This document shows positions 54,001-62,800 of a stretch of DNA of 64,000 bases, in pieces (position 1 is the first letter of the stretch; every line of letters begins with the position of its first letter). Origin of the DNA: Isurus oxyrinchus (lineage: Eukaryota). Location of the stretch: positions 80,724,001 through 80,788,000 of the forward strand of contig JANJGN010000021.1 in NCBI GenBank assembly GCA_026770705.1, written 5' to 3'. A program made the position numbers and the translations under genes. Under the pieces are notes generated by a model. It was not told where the DNA came from. It saw nothing but the letters and a program-made list of their open reading frames with translations, and did not search any database.

Positions 54001-57000
54001 CAGGACTGTCACTGACCTCATCTCCTCTGGGGATCTCCCTCCCACAGCTTCCAACCTGATAGTCGCCCAACCTCGGACGGCCCGCTTCTATCTCCTACCC
54101 AAAATCCACAAACAGAACTGCCCCGGTAGACCGATCGTCTCAGCTTGCTCCTGCCCCACAGAACTCATTTCTCGTTATCTTGACTCCCTTCTCTCTCCCC
54201 TTGTCCAGTCCCTTCCCACCTACATCCGTGATTCCTCTGACACCTTACGTCACATCAACAATTTCCAATTCCCCGGCCCCAACCGCTTCCTCTTCACCAT
54301 GGACGTCCAATCCCTCTACACCTCCATCCCCCACCAGGATGGTCTGAGGGCCCTTAGCTTCTTCCTCGAACAGAGGCCCGAACAATCCCCATCCACCACT
54401 ACTCTCCTCCGTCTGGCTGAAATTGTTCTCACGCTGAACAATTTCTCCTTCAACTCCTCTCACTTCCTCCAAATAAAAGGTGTGGCTATGGGTACCCGCA
54501 TGGGCCCCAGCTATGCCTGTCTCTTTATGGGGTATGTGGAACATTCCTTGTTCCAGTCCTACTCCGGCCCCCTTCCACAACTCTTTCTCCGGTACATCGA
54601 TGATTACTTCGGTGCCGCTTCATGCTCTCGTCGGGACTTGGAAAAATTTATTAATTTTGCTTCCAATCTCCACCCCTCTATCACTTTCACGTGGTCCATC
54701 TCTGACACTTCCCTTCCCTTCCTTGACCTCTCTGTCTCAATCTCTGGTGATAGACTATCCACCAATATCCATTACAAACCCACCGACTCCCACAGCTACC
54801 TCGACTACAGCTCCTCACACCCCGCTTCCTGTAAGGACTCCATCCCATTCTCCCAGTTCCTTCACCTCCGTCGCATCTGTTCCGATGATGCTACCTTCAA
54901 AATAGTTCCTCTGACATGTCCTCCTTCTTCCTTAACCGAGGTTTTCCACCCACAGTCGTTGACAGGGCCCTCAACCGTGTCCGGCCCATCTCCCGCGCAT
55001 CCACCCTCACGCCTTCTCCTCCCTCCCAGAAACATGATAGGGTCCCCCTTGTCCTCACTTATCACCCCACCAGCCTCCGCATTCAAAGGATCATCCTCCG
55101 CCATTTCCGCCAACTCCAGCATGATGCCACCACCAAACACATCTTCCCTTCACCTTATCGGCATTCCGTAGGGATCGCTCCCTCCGGGACACCCTGGTCC
55201 ACTCCTCCATCACCCCCTACTCCTCAACCCCCTCCTATGGCACCACCCCATGCCCACGCAAAAGATGTAACACCTGCCCCTTCACTTCCTCTCTCCTCCC
55301 CGTCCAAGGGCCCAAACACTCCTTTCAAGTGAAGCAGCATTTCACTTGCATTTCCCCCAACTTAGTCTACTGCATTCGTTGCTCCCAATATGGTCTCCTC
55401 TACATTCGAGAGACCAAACGTAAACTGGGCGACCGCTTTGCAGAACACCTGCGGTCTGTCCGCAAGAATGACCCAAACCTCCCTGTCGCTTGCCATTTTA
55501 ACACTCCACCCTGCTCTCTTGCCCACATGTCTGTCCTTGGCTTGCTGCATTGTTCCAGTGAAGCCCAACGCAAACTGGAGGAACAACACCTCATCTTCCG
55601 ACTAGACACCTTCCAGCCTTCCGGACTGAATATTGAATTCAACAACTTTAGGTCGTGAGCTCCCTCCCCCATCCCCACCCCCTTTCTGTTTCCCCCTTCC
55701 TTTTTTTTCCAATAAATTATAAAGATTTTCCTTTTCCCACCTATTTCCATTATATAAAAAAAAAACCCACTAGAGCTATACCTTGAGTGCCCTACCATCC
55801 ATTCTTAATTAGCACATTCGTTTAGATAATATTACCAACTTTAACTTTAACACCTATGTGTTCTATTGTACCACTGTCGTTGACATCTTTTGATGATCTG
55901 CTTCTATCACTGCTTGTTTGTCCACACAACCACATCCCCCAACCCCCAACCCCAACCTCTCTCTCTCTCTCTATCTCTCCGCCCCCCACACACACACCTT
56001 AAGCCAGTTTATATTTCAACTCTTTCTTGGATTCGAACTCAAGTTCTGTCGAAGGATCATGAGGACTCGAAACGTCAACTCTTTTCTTCTCCGCTGATGC
56101 TGCCGGACCTGCTGAGTTTTTCCAGGTAATTCTGTTTTTGTTTTGGATTTCCAGCATCTGCAGTTTTTTTGTTTTTTTTGTATTCGAAAGTGAATTGTTT
56201 TGTTACCTGAAAAGGATAAACGTGGAAGGTTATGGGGATAAGGCAGGGGAGTGGGGCTAGGTGGAATGCTCTTTCAGAGACCCAGTGCAGACTCAGTGGG
56301 CCAAGCAGCCTACTACACTGTAAAGATTTTGTGATTCCAGAGGCACCAGGACATAGCTTAAGAATAAGCGATGTACTGTTTAAGACAGAGATGAGGAGAA
56401 ATTTTTTCTCTCAAATGGTTGTTAGTAATTGGAATTCTTTTCCCTCAAAAGCAGTGGAGTCTGGGTCATTAAACGCATTGAAGACTGAGTTAGACAGATT
56501 TTTGATTGACAAGGGAGTCAAGAGTTATGGGGGCAGATGGCAAAGTGAAGTTAAGACGACAACCAGATCAGCCATGATTCTATTGAATGACGGAGTAGGC
56601 TCAAAGGGCAGAATGGCTTACTCCTGCTCCTAAGTCCTGTGTTCCTATTTCAGTGGCTTGGAAAGGGTGCAGAGATTTACCAGAGTTCAGGGATGTGGGA
56701 CTTCAATTATGTGAAGAGACTGGAGAAACGGGTTGTTTTCCTTAGAGCACAAAAGGTTAAGAGATGCTCATAGTTATGAAAGGTTTTGATAGACTAGATA
56801 TGTAGAAACTGTTTCTATTGGTAAGAGGTTGGTAACCAGAGGGCACAATTTTAAAATAATTAGCAAAAGAACCAGAGAGGAGCTGGGTAGATATTTTGAA
56901 CACAAGTTATGAAAAAGAGAATTGGATAAATAGTTGAAGGGGAAATATTGCAGGGCTAGGGAGAAAGAGGAGGGGAGTGGGACTAATTGGATAACTCTTT

Positions 57001-57554
57001 CAAAGAGTCAGCAATGGTATGATGGGCCAAATAGCTGCCTTCTCTGCTCTGAGTATCTCATATTCCTGCTCATAACTAGTTTCCCATCCCTGGTAGCATT
57101 TTGGTGAGCCTCCACTACTCTTCCTGTATGTTAATGTCCTTTCTCTGCAGATGGTGTTCTAACTGTGTCATACCAAAATTGTGTACAAATTTATCACCAG
57201 CAGTATTTCCCAACTTTTGGATCCTTGAGTGTGTGGCTGTGACTGTAGTGCATAGCGTTATGGACATGATTATTGATGCAGCTGACTGTTGAGGGAGACT
57301 CTCCACCAGTATTGTGAATTTGTTTAGTCGTCTCTCCACTCTGTTATGTTCACCTTGTGTTTCACTGTGAGACACTCATTCCTTTCTTGTCTCTGTTTCT
57401 CTATACAGAACCCGAAGTGCCTGAGGAAAAGTCTGGTGCAGGGACAGTGATCTGTGCTCTGGGACTCACTCTGGGAATCATCAGTGCTGTTGTAGGGATC
57501 ATCTTACTGATCAAAGAGAGACAGAGGCTGCAAGTTCAACAACATGGCATATAG
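20936..57554 (+). CDS. DAA: MHC class II alpha chain, join(20936..21002,27880..28128,44594..44875,57409..57554), 247 aa
   Basis: All introns are GT-AG and phase 1. Exon sizes 67/249/282/146 sum to 744 nt with an open frame. The protein has a leader, an alpha1 domain, a C1-set Ig alpha2 domain and a TM with the class II alpha Cys/Gly motif. It closely resembles recalled nurse shark class II alpha sequences. The locus name (DAA vs DBA etc.) is not resolvable here. Confidence 0.95.
21395..23300 (-). mobile_element. Decayed L2-type LINE fragments
   Basis: An L2-like 3' end lies near 21400 (cttgcat.tatatag..cctt..cat...ccaagg.g.ttcac), followed by a purine-rich + strand typical of antisense L2 ORF2. 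No intact ORF. Confidence 0.5.
23440..25500 (+). mobile_element. Decayed LTR-retrotransposon (Gypsy-like) pol remnant: RNase H and integrase
   Basis: Fragments LWAVTDG, IEALSI...HFSPYI...CVLTDNKP (RNase H-like) and [10 protein letters not shown]...GLSARELW (integrase-like). Many stops and frameshifts. Confidence 0.65.
27076..27453. mobile_element. Non-autonomous hAT (Blackjack-type) DNA transposon, 378 bp
   Basis: TIRs TAGGGTTGTCAACT and AGTTGGCAACTCTA, with a perfect 8-bp TSD GCCACAGC at 27068-27075 and 27454-27461. Confidence 0.88.
27880..28128 (+). CDS. DAA: MHC class II alpha exon 2 (alpha1 peptide-binding domain)
   Basis: Acceptor (ct)n(ca)n-ag at 27878-79. Translation [46 protein letters not shown]...[26 protein letters not shown]. 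Donor GTAAGT at 28129. Length 249 nt. Confidence 0.96.
28185..28460. repeat. Extremely GC-rich degenerate minisatellite (GGAGCCCCGCCCCGCCC-like units)
   Basis: ggagccccg recurs about 8 times among C-runs and there is almost no T. Confidence 0.9.
28484..28576 (+). mobile_element. Short Penelope 3'-end fragment
   Basis: tcgaagggtcatgaggactcgaaacgtcaactcttttcttctccgccgatgctgccagacctgctgagtttttccaggtaattctgttttt is nearly identical to 56049-56140. Confidence 0.88.
29660..29915 (+). mobile_element. CR1-group LINE 3' fragment
   Basis: Matches 35775-36060 (aagttcccctccaag...ccttcctaacagcac...aagggca...caataaat...gaatgaattaaaa). Confidence 0.8.
29925..31560. repeat. Mosaic minisatellite of 30-bp (TCCAGGGACCGCTTACACCGAGACACCRAA) and 22-bp (TCCAGGGACCGCTTACACCGAA) units
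   Basis: Directly visible. The two unit lengths differ by the 8-bp GACACCRA module. Confidence 0.95.
31890..32235 (-). mobile_element. Deu-domain/SacSINE1-like SINE
   Basis: Homologous to 11865-12200. Confidence 0.55.
33770..36062 (+). mobile_element. 5'-truncated CR1-group LINE (RT remnant)
   Basis: Fragments [43 protein letters not shown] and MFTDD, with a poly(A) tail at 36053-36062. Confidence 0.9.
38200..39150 (-). pseudogene. Harbinger transposase (HARBI1-like DDE) pseudogene
   Basis: ORF 38398-38730(-) has the GDKGY and VIEQ..G.LK motifs. Upstream fragments are frameshifted. Confidence 0.8.
39465..40015 (+). mobile_element. CR1-group LINE internal fragment
   Basis: [13 protein letters not shown]...[10 protein letters not shown], homologous to 35235-35800. 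Confidence 0.85.
40428..41171. mobile_element. Non-autonomous Harbinger-type element, 744 bp, inserted in an old LINE 3' fragment
   Basis: Perfect 14-bp TIRs GGGCAGAATCTTCT (40428-40441) and AGAAGATTCTGCCC (41158-41171), with a 3-bp TSD AAT on both sides. The flanks rejoin as a continuous LINE tail. Confidence 0.85.
41305..43985 (-). mobile_element. Decayed CR1 LINE (endonuclease-RT remnant), antisense to the MHC gene
   Basis: Minus-strand frames include ESIWLE...[39 protein letters not shown] and RGDLIE. Confidence 0.92.
44594..44875 (+). CDS. DAA: MHC class II alpha exon 3 (alpha2 C1-set Ig domain)
   Basis: Acceptor ccacag at 44592-93. Translation [39 protein letters not shown]...[29 protein letters not shown]. 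Donor GTTAGT at 44876. Length 282 nt. Confidence 0.96.
46196..46225 (+). other. U1 snRNA 5'-end-like segment (U1 nt 5-34) forming the head of the Tx1 element
   Basis: TTACCTGGCAGGGGAGAGACCTTCATCGCG vs vertebrate U1 TTACCTGGCAGGGGAGATACCATGATCACG: 26/30 identical, the first 17 nt exact. Confidence 0.8.
46246..47768 (+). pseudogene. Tx1 ORF1 (gag-like zinc-knuckle protein), disrupted
   Basis: The ATG at 46246 is in frame with 46300 but there is a TGA at 46261. Knuckles [28 protein letters not shown] and [14 protein letters not shown] lie in shifted frames, followed by an acidic low-complexity tail. Confidence 0.85.
47779..51175 (+). pseudogene. Tx1 ORF2 (APE endonuclease, reverse transcriptase, Zn finger), disrupted
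   Basis: Motifs SINVR, FLQE, GGDFN, RIDF, FSDH; [35 protein letters not shown]; [17 protein letters not shown]. Premature stops occur, e.g. at 48520 and 49997. Confidence 0.92.
52330..52368 (-). ncRNA. Minimal type I hammerhead-ribozyme-like motif (Penelope pLTR), variant core
   Basis: The minus strand reads AGTT-CTGTCGA-A-GGGTC-atgag-GACTC-GAAA-CGTC-AACT. Confidence 0.55.
53240..55658 (+). pseudogene. Penelope ORF (RT + GIY-YIG endonuclease), 5'-truncated with a stop and frameshifts
   Basis: ORF-track pieces 53228-53749, 54299-55171, 54916-55332 and 55329-55658 carry successive PLE motifs ([35 protein letters not shown]). Confidence 0.88.
56042..56080 (+). ncRNA. Minimal type I hammerhead-ribozyme-like motif (Penelope pLTR), variant core
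   Basis: AGTT-CTGTCGA-A-GGATC-atgag-GACTC-GAAA-CGTC-AACT, with stem I AGTT/AACT, a short palindromic stem III and a GTC site. Confidence 0.55.
56340..57060 (+). mobile_element. CR1 3'-end fragments
   Basis: GHSLRI...[18 protein letters not shown]...KTELDRFL, followed by a second decayed 3' fragment. Confidence 0.75.
57409..57554 (+). CDS. DAA: MHC class II alpha exon 4 (connecting peptide, TM, cytoplasmic tail)
   Basis: Pyrimidine tract plus tacag acceptor at 57407-08. Translation [49 protein letters not shown] donor GTAAGT lies at 57557, 2 nt after the stop. Confidence 0.96.
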
Positions 57555-57844
57555 GGGTAAGTACAGGGAACATAATCTGTGTAAATCGTTAACATTCCTG
57601 GAAGTAAGTTTCAACCAAAGCCCCTACTCCACATTGTTCATCACTGAACCCCTGCAACAATAAACAGATATGGACAGGATTGAGCTTGGCTGTTGTATCC
57701 CTTATTGACATTTTACACATGAAGAACCCTTACTTAGATGAGATGCACCTTGAGAGCTGGCACGTTCAGGAGAGGAGGACACTTTCACCATCTGACATAC
57801 TTTGCAGTTATACCATAACACTGCAATAACGCTCGTGTTAAATA

Positions 57845-59212
57845 AATACTATGCATCTGTCTTTACCAAGAAAGCAGATACTACCAAGGTCGTGGTGACA
57901 GGGGAGGAAACTCTGTTACTAGAAGGGTTCAAAATTGATAAGGAGGAAGTGTTGTATAAAGTGTCAGTACTTAAAAGTTGACAAGGCACCGGGACCGGAT
58001 GGGATGCATCCAAAGATATTGAAGGAAGTGACAGTAGAAATTGCAGGGGCACTGGCCATAATCTTTCAGTCTTCCCTAGCTCAGGGGAGGTGTCAGGGGA
58101 CTGGAGAATTGTAAATGTTACACCCTTGTTCAAAAAGGTTGTAAGGATAAGCCCAGCAATTACAGACCAGTCAGTTTAACTTAAGTGGTAGGGAAGCTTC
58201 TCGAGACAATTATTTGGAATAGAATTAGTAGTCACATGGAAAAATGTGGGTTGATAAGGAAGAGCCAGCATGAATTTCTAAAGGGGAAATCATGTTTAAC
58301 TTGCTGGAGTTTTTGAAGAGCTAACAGAGAGGGTTGATGATGGTAATGCTGTTGATGTGGTGTACATGGGCCTTCAAGAGGCACTTGATAACAATGCCAC
58401 ACAGCAGACTTGTGAGAAAAGTTATAGCTCATGGAATAAAAGTGATGGTAGCAACATGGATACAAAATTTACTGGGTAATAGGAAGCAGAGAGTAATAGT
58501 CAATGGATATTTTTCGGACTGGGGGAAGGTTTGTAGTGGAGTTCCCCGGGGTCGGTATTGGGACGCTTGCTTTTCCTGATATATATTAATGATCTAGATC
58601 TTGGTGTGCAGGGGACAATTTCAAAGTTTGCTGATGATACGAAACATGGAAGCATTATAAACTGTGAGGAGGACAGCATAGAACTTCAAAAGGACATAGA
58701 CAAGTTGATGGAGTGGGCAGATAGGTGGCAGATGAAGTTTAATACAGAGAAGTGTGAGATGATGCATTTTGGTAGGAAGAACATGGAGAGATAATATAAA
58801 CTAAAAGATACAATTCTAAATGGTGTGCAGAATCGGGGTGTATATGTGCGTAAATCATTGAAGGTGGCAGGACAGGTGGAGAGAGCAGTTAATAAAGCAT
58901 ATAGTATCCTTTATTAATAGGGGCATAGAGTACAAGAGCAGGGAGTCATGATGAGCTTTTATAAGACCCCAAAAACTTTTTCACACAGCAAGTAGTTCAG
59001 GTCTGTGACACACTGCTTGAAAGTGTGGTGGAGGCAGGTTCAATTGGGCATTCAAGTGGGCATTAGATGATTATTTGAACAGAAACAATGTGCAGCGTTA
59101 CAGGGAAAAGGCAGGAGAGTGGCACTCAGTCATAATGCTCCTTTAGGGAGCTGGTGCAGACAAGATGGGTCTAATGGCTGCCTTCTGTGGTGTAACAATT
59201 CTGTGATTCTGT
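57845..59212 (+). mobile_element. Decayed CR1 LINE fragment with an internal deletion (related to 15805-18035)
   Basis: Collinear with 16360-17480, then jumps to the 3' end at about 58970. Contains a KFADD motif. Confidence 0.88.
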
Positions 59213-59704
59213 GAAAACAACCATCTTTAAAACCTTTCAAACCTTTCTGGTTAGCACACTCAAACCTATTGGAACTGTCGCTGGCCATCCATTTGTCCTT
59301 AGACGTACAATAATATTTTGTATATCTTGTGAAAGTCTCAGAAAAGGAGTAAATTTAATTATGGATGTATATTCTAGGCCAACACATAGTAGGGAGGAGA
59401 TAATGGAGCAAATTTGGAGACAAATTACAGAAAGGTTCAGGATCTACAGAATGGTGATGATGGGGCATTTTAATTATTCTAATGTAAACTAGGATGATGA
59501 AAAAAGGAAAGAAATACTTGCATTTATACAGTGCTGCTCATGAACATTGGTTTTACAGGCAATAAAATATTTTTTTAAGTGTAGTCACTGTTGCAATGTA
59601 TGAAACAGTGTAAAGGGTGAAGAGGAAGAGGAATTCCTAAAATATGTACAAGAGAATGTTCTTGATCAATGAGTAACACCACTGTATACATAGCTCCAGT
59701 CTGC

Positions 59705-60930
59705 TTAGGAACAGGAGTCAACCATTCAGCCCCTCGCACCTATTTCACCATCCAATGAGATCATGGCTTATCTGCAACCTGACTCCACACACCAGCTTTT
59801 GCTCCGTACCCCTTAATATCTTTGGATAACAGAAATCTATCAATCTCAGATTTAAAATTTTAAATTGATCTAGCTTGGTGTGTGTGGAAGAGAGTTTCAA
59901 ATGTCTGCCACCCTTTGTTGTAGAGGTGTTTTTTAATTTCACTCCTGAAAGATCTGGCTTTAACTTGTAAACTATGTCACCTAGCCCTAGACTCCCCAGC
60001 CAGTGAAATAGCTTCTCTCTATCTACCTTACCTGTTCCCAATAATATCTTGACTCTCTGATCACTTCACCCCTTAACACTGTAAAGTCCAAATAATTTAA
60101 CCGTAGTTTCTTTAATCTCTTCTCACAGTTTAACCCTTGCAGTCCAGGTATCATTCTCGTCAACCTACACTGCCCTCCCTCCAAGGTCAATACATCCTTC
60201 CTGTGGTGAGGGGCCCAGAACTGCTCCCAGTATTCAGGTGTGGTCAAACAGGTCTTTGTAAAACACCTTGGATTCTTTTCCTCCAAATATAAAGACCAGC
60301 ATTCCATTCACCTTTGATTATTTTCTCTACCAGTTCATAACATTTTAGTTGTCTCTGTACCTGGGTCCTCAAGTCATTTTGGACCTCCACTGTTTATAGT
60401 TTTTCCCTTATTTAGAAAGCACTCTACTATCCTTTTTTAGCTCCAAAATGGGTGACCTCACATTTTCCTACATTGAAATCCATTTGCCACAGTTTTCTCC
60501 ATTTACAGAATCATAGAATGGTTACAGCAGAAGGAGGCCACTTGACCTGTTATGTCTGCTGGCCCTCTAAAGAAGTAATTTACCTGGTACCACTCCCCCT
60601 CCTTCTCCCCACAGCCTCATATTCTTCCTCTTCAGATAATAATCCAATTCCCTCTTGAAGCCTCGATTGAACCCACCTTCACCACAGTCTGAGGCAGTGC
60701 ATTGCAGATCCACTTGCTGCGTGAAAAAGCTTTTCCTCATCTGTCAGTATCACTTTTTAATTTTACACTTCCACCTACACTGTCTACAATGCTGCCTATT
60801 TTTGTGTCGTCAGTAAATTTGGATATGTGGTTTTCTATCTCATCATCTAAAGTCTTTAATTAATACAGTGAATAGTTGAGGGCCAAAAATAGATTTTTGT
60901 GGGACATAGCTATTCATATTCTGCCAATTT
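59705..60930 (-). mobile_element. Decayed CR1 fragments, antisense
   Basis: Minus-strand EQFWAPHHRKDV...RLTRMIPGLQGL with CR1-type 3' ends. Confidence 0.7.
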
Positions 60931-61484
60931 AGCGAACAGTCTCTTATAAGGAACTTAACGTGCACCATTCCTTTTGACTTATGCTACATGAGCTGCATGG
61001 GAAGCAGTCAATGGCACACTGCACTACAGTTTACAGGTAGGCCTGCCTCGAGCAGCGCTACACGGATGAACTTTGTGTCCTATATCTTGTAAATGCTGTA
61101 ATATTGAGCTTTTGGTCACTCCTAATCTTAGTCAATCTCTGACCATTGAAATTCTATTTCAGGAATATCCCTATCAGATAAAACAACAAATATTTGTCAA
61201 GGAGTCTGATTTCCACAAGACTACTGTAATGGTTTATATAAAGCCAATGCCTTTAGATGGAGCAATAAAAATCTCATTTTCAATTCTTCAGGACTTATTT
61301 TCTTTCTGTCTCTTGCAATTCCAACAAACACATTCCCCCTCCTCCATAGATGATTCCACCCTCAATTCTTCATCAATTGCCATTCTTGGCCTTATTTCCT
61401 CCTTTAGTAAAGCTGTATTGAAACAAAAAACATCTTTTGTGCCATAAAACTCAAGTTTATCCATGATTTGAAACTGCTCCCATG

Positions 61485-61588
61485 TGAAACAAAAACAGAA
61501 AATGCTGGAAAAGCTCAGCAGGTCTAACAGCATCTGTGGAGAGAGAAACAGAGTTAATGTTTCGAGTCCATATGATTCTTCTTCAGAT
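61485..61588 (-). mobile_element. Short Penelope-derived copy with a hammerhead-like core
   Basis: The minus strand reads CTGAAGA-agaatc-atatg-gactc-GAAA-catta-actctgtttctctctccacagatgctg. Confidence 0.7.
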
Positions 61589-62502
61589 GCTATTTATCTC
61601 TCATCAACTCCACTCCCCCACACCACCCCCGCCCCTGCCCCTGCCTAGACGCTTGTCACACCGTGAGACAACCGGCCTCACTGAATTCTGTCTTTCTCAT
61701 GGGGGTTTCCAATCTCCACTCTTGAAGAACTCGTTTTGGAATCTTTCCTCAAACGACGCTTTCTCACAGACGCCTTCCACAACAGCAGATTTTTCTACCT
61801 TGTGTTTGTTTTTAACTTCCCTTCAAGAGTCTTAAACCTTATTAAAATGCAGACATCTCTTAAAGTAAAACTAAAACTCAAGTTCTCCCTTTACCATACC
61901 AATACAGAAATACAAGTCAAACTTTATTCCTAACACCCACAAATGCAAATATAACTTACTTAAACTACCTCTAGTTCCTAACAATCTGAATGTTTAAACA
62001 TTTATTAAGGGAAGAACTTCTACGTGCCAGGAGCACACATTGCAAAACTATGAACCCTCTGACTTAGATTTTCCATCTATGCCATTTAATGGATACTGGA
62101 TCATGAGTTTGGTGTGTGCCATTTCCTGACATACACACAAAATGTACCAGAGGTGCTGAAGTAGTACATTTGCAATTTTGAATAATCTGTTAATTGGTGT
62201 GGTTGGCTGTACTCAAGCAGGTCAACCTCTCCCAAGCTAGTAAACCTCAGTCAAGTTTGTCAGAGTTGGATCACTGATTCTAATCCTGTCCATCATGGTA
62301 TTATAACAGGTGGTGGTTTTGCCCATTGCATGTGGTGAAGCTGCTCAGATAGATTTCATCAATGTTATTTATTTACATTCATATCGTATACATATTCCAG
62401 AATAAACCCAAGTTACTGATGGGAGGATTGTGCAGGTAATAAGATAAGAAGTCAATGTACCCAGCTTTTGATGTATTTGTGATGACTTTCTTTTCAACTT
62501 AG

Positions 62503-62800
62503 ATGGAAGGCTTAGCCACACCATAAACCCGTCACTGTCGCACTGTGTCCTCTCACCTCTGCACTATGTCCTCTCATCACTTCTTGTGAAGCTGCAGGAA
62601 ACTGAAACTAATTTCTGAACTCACGGAGCATTGATTTATTCTTGATACAATTATGTCTTCAGAATTCATGATTGTTTTTAAAATCATTTTTAAAGATAGA
62701 CTAATTTGTTAGAAATATCTCCACATGAACAATGTCAGTACGTTAAAATGTTTGCGGTGTCACAGATTTCATTAAAACTTGTACAAAGTTGTAAAAAATA
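62503..62800 (+). other. Probable non-coding exon 5 (3' UTR) of the MHC class II alpha gene
   Basis: A pyrimidine-rich acceptor tgactttcttttcaacttag (ag at 62501-02) precedes unique sequence, ATTAAA at 62771-62776 and a downstream GT/T-rich tract at 62801-62830. The donor at 57557 implies such an exon. Confidence 0.6.

Larger units (their letters stand above)
52264..56179 (+). mobile_element. Penelope-like element (RT + GIY-YIG) with an inverted duplication of its 3' ~1 kb at the 5' end
   Basis: RT motifs [16 protein letters not shown] and RYIDD, and GIY-YIG LVYCIRC...LYIRETKR...RFAEH (55329-55658). Segment 52264-53239 is the reverse complement of 55153-~56140. The 15-bp TSD is GTATTCAAAAGTGAA (52249-52263) / GTATTCGAAAGTGAA (56180-56194). 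Confidence 0.92.
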
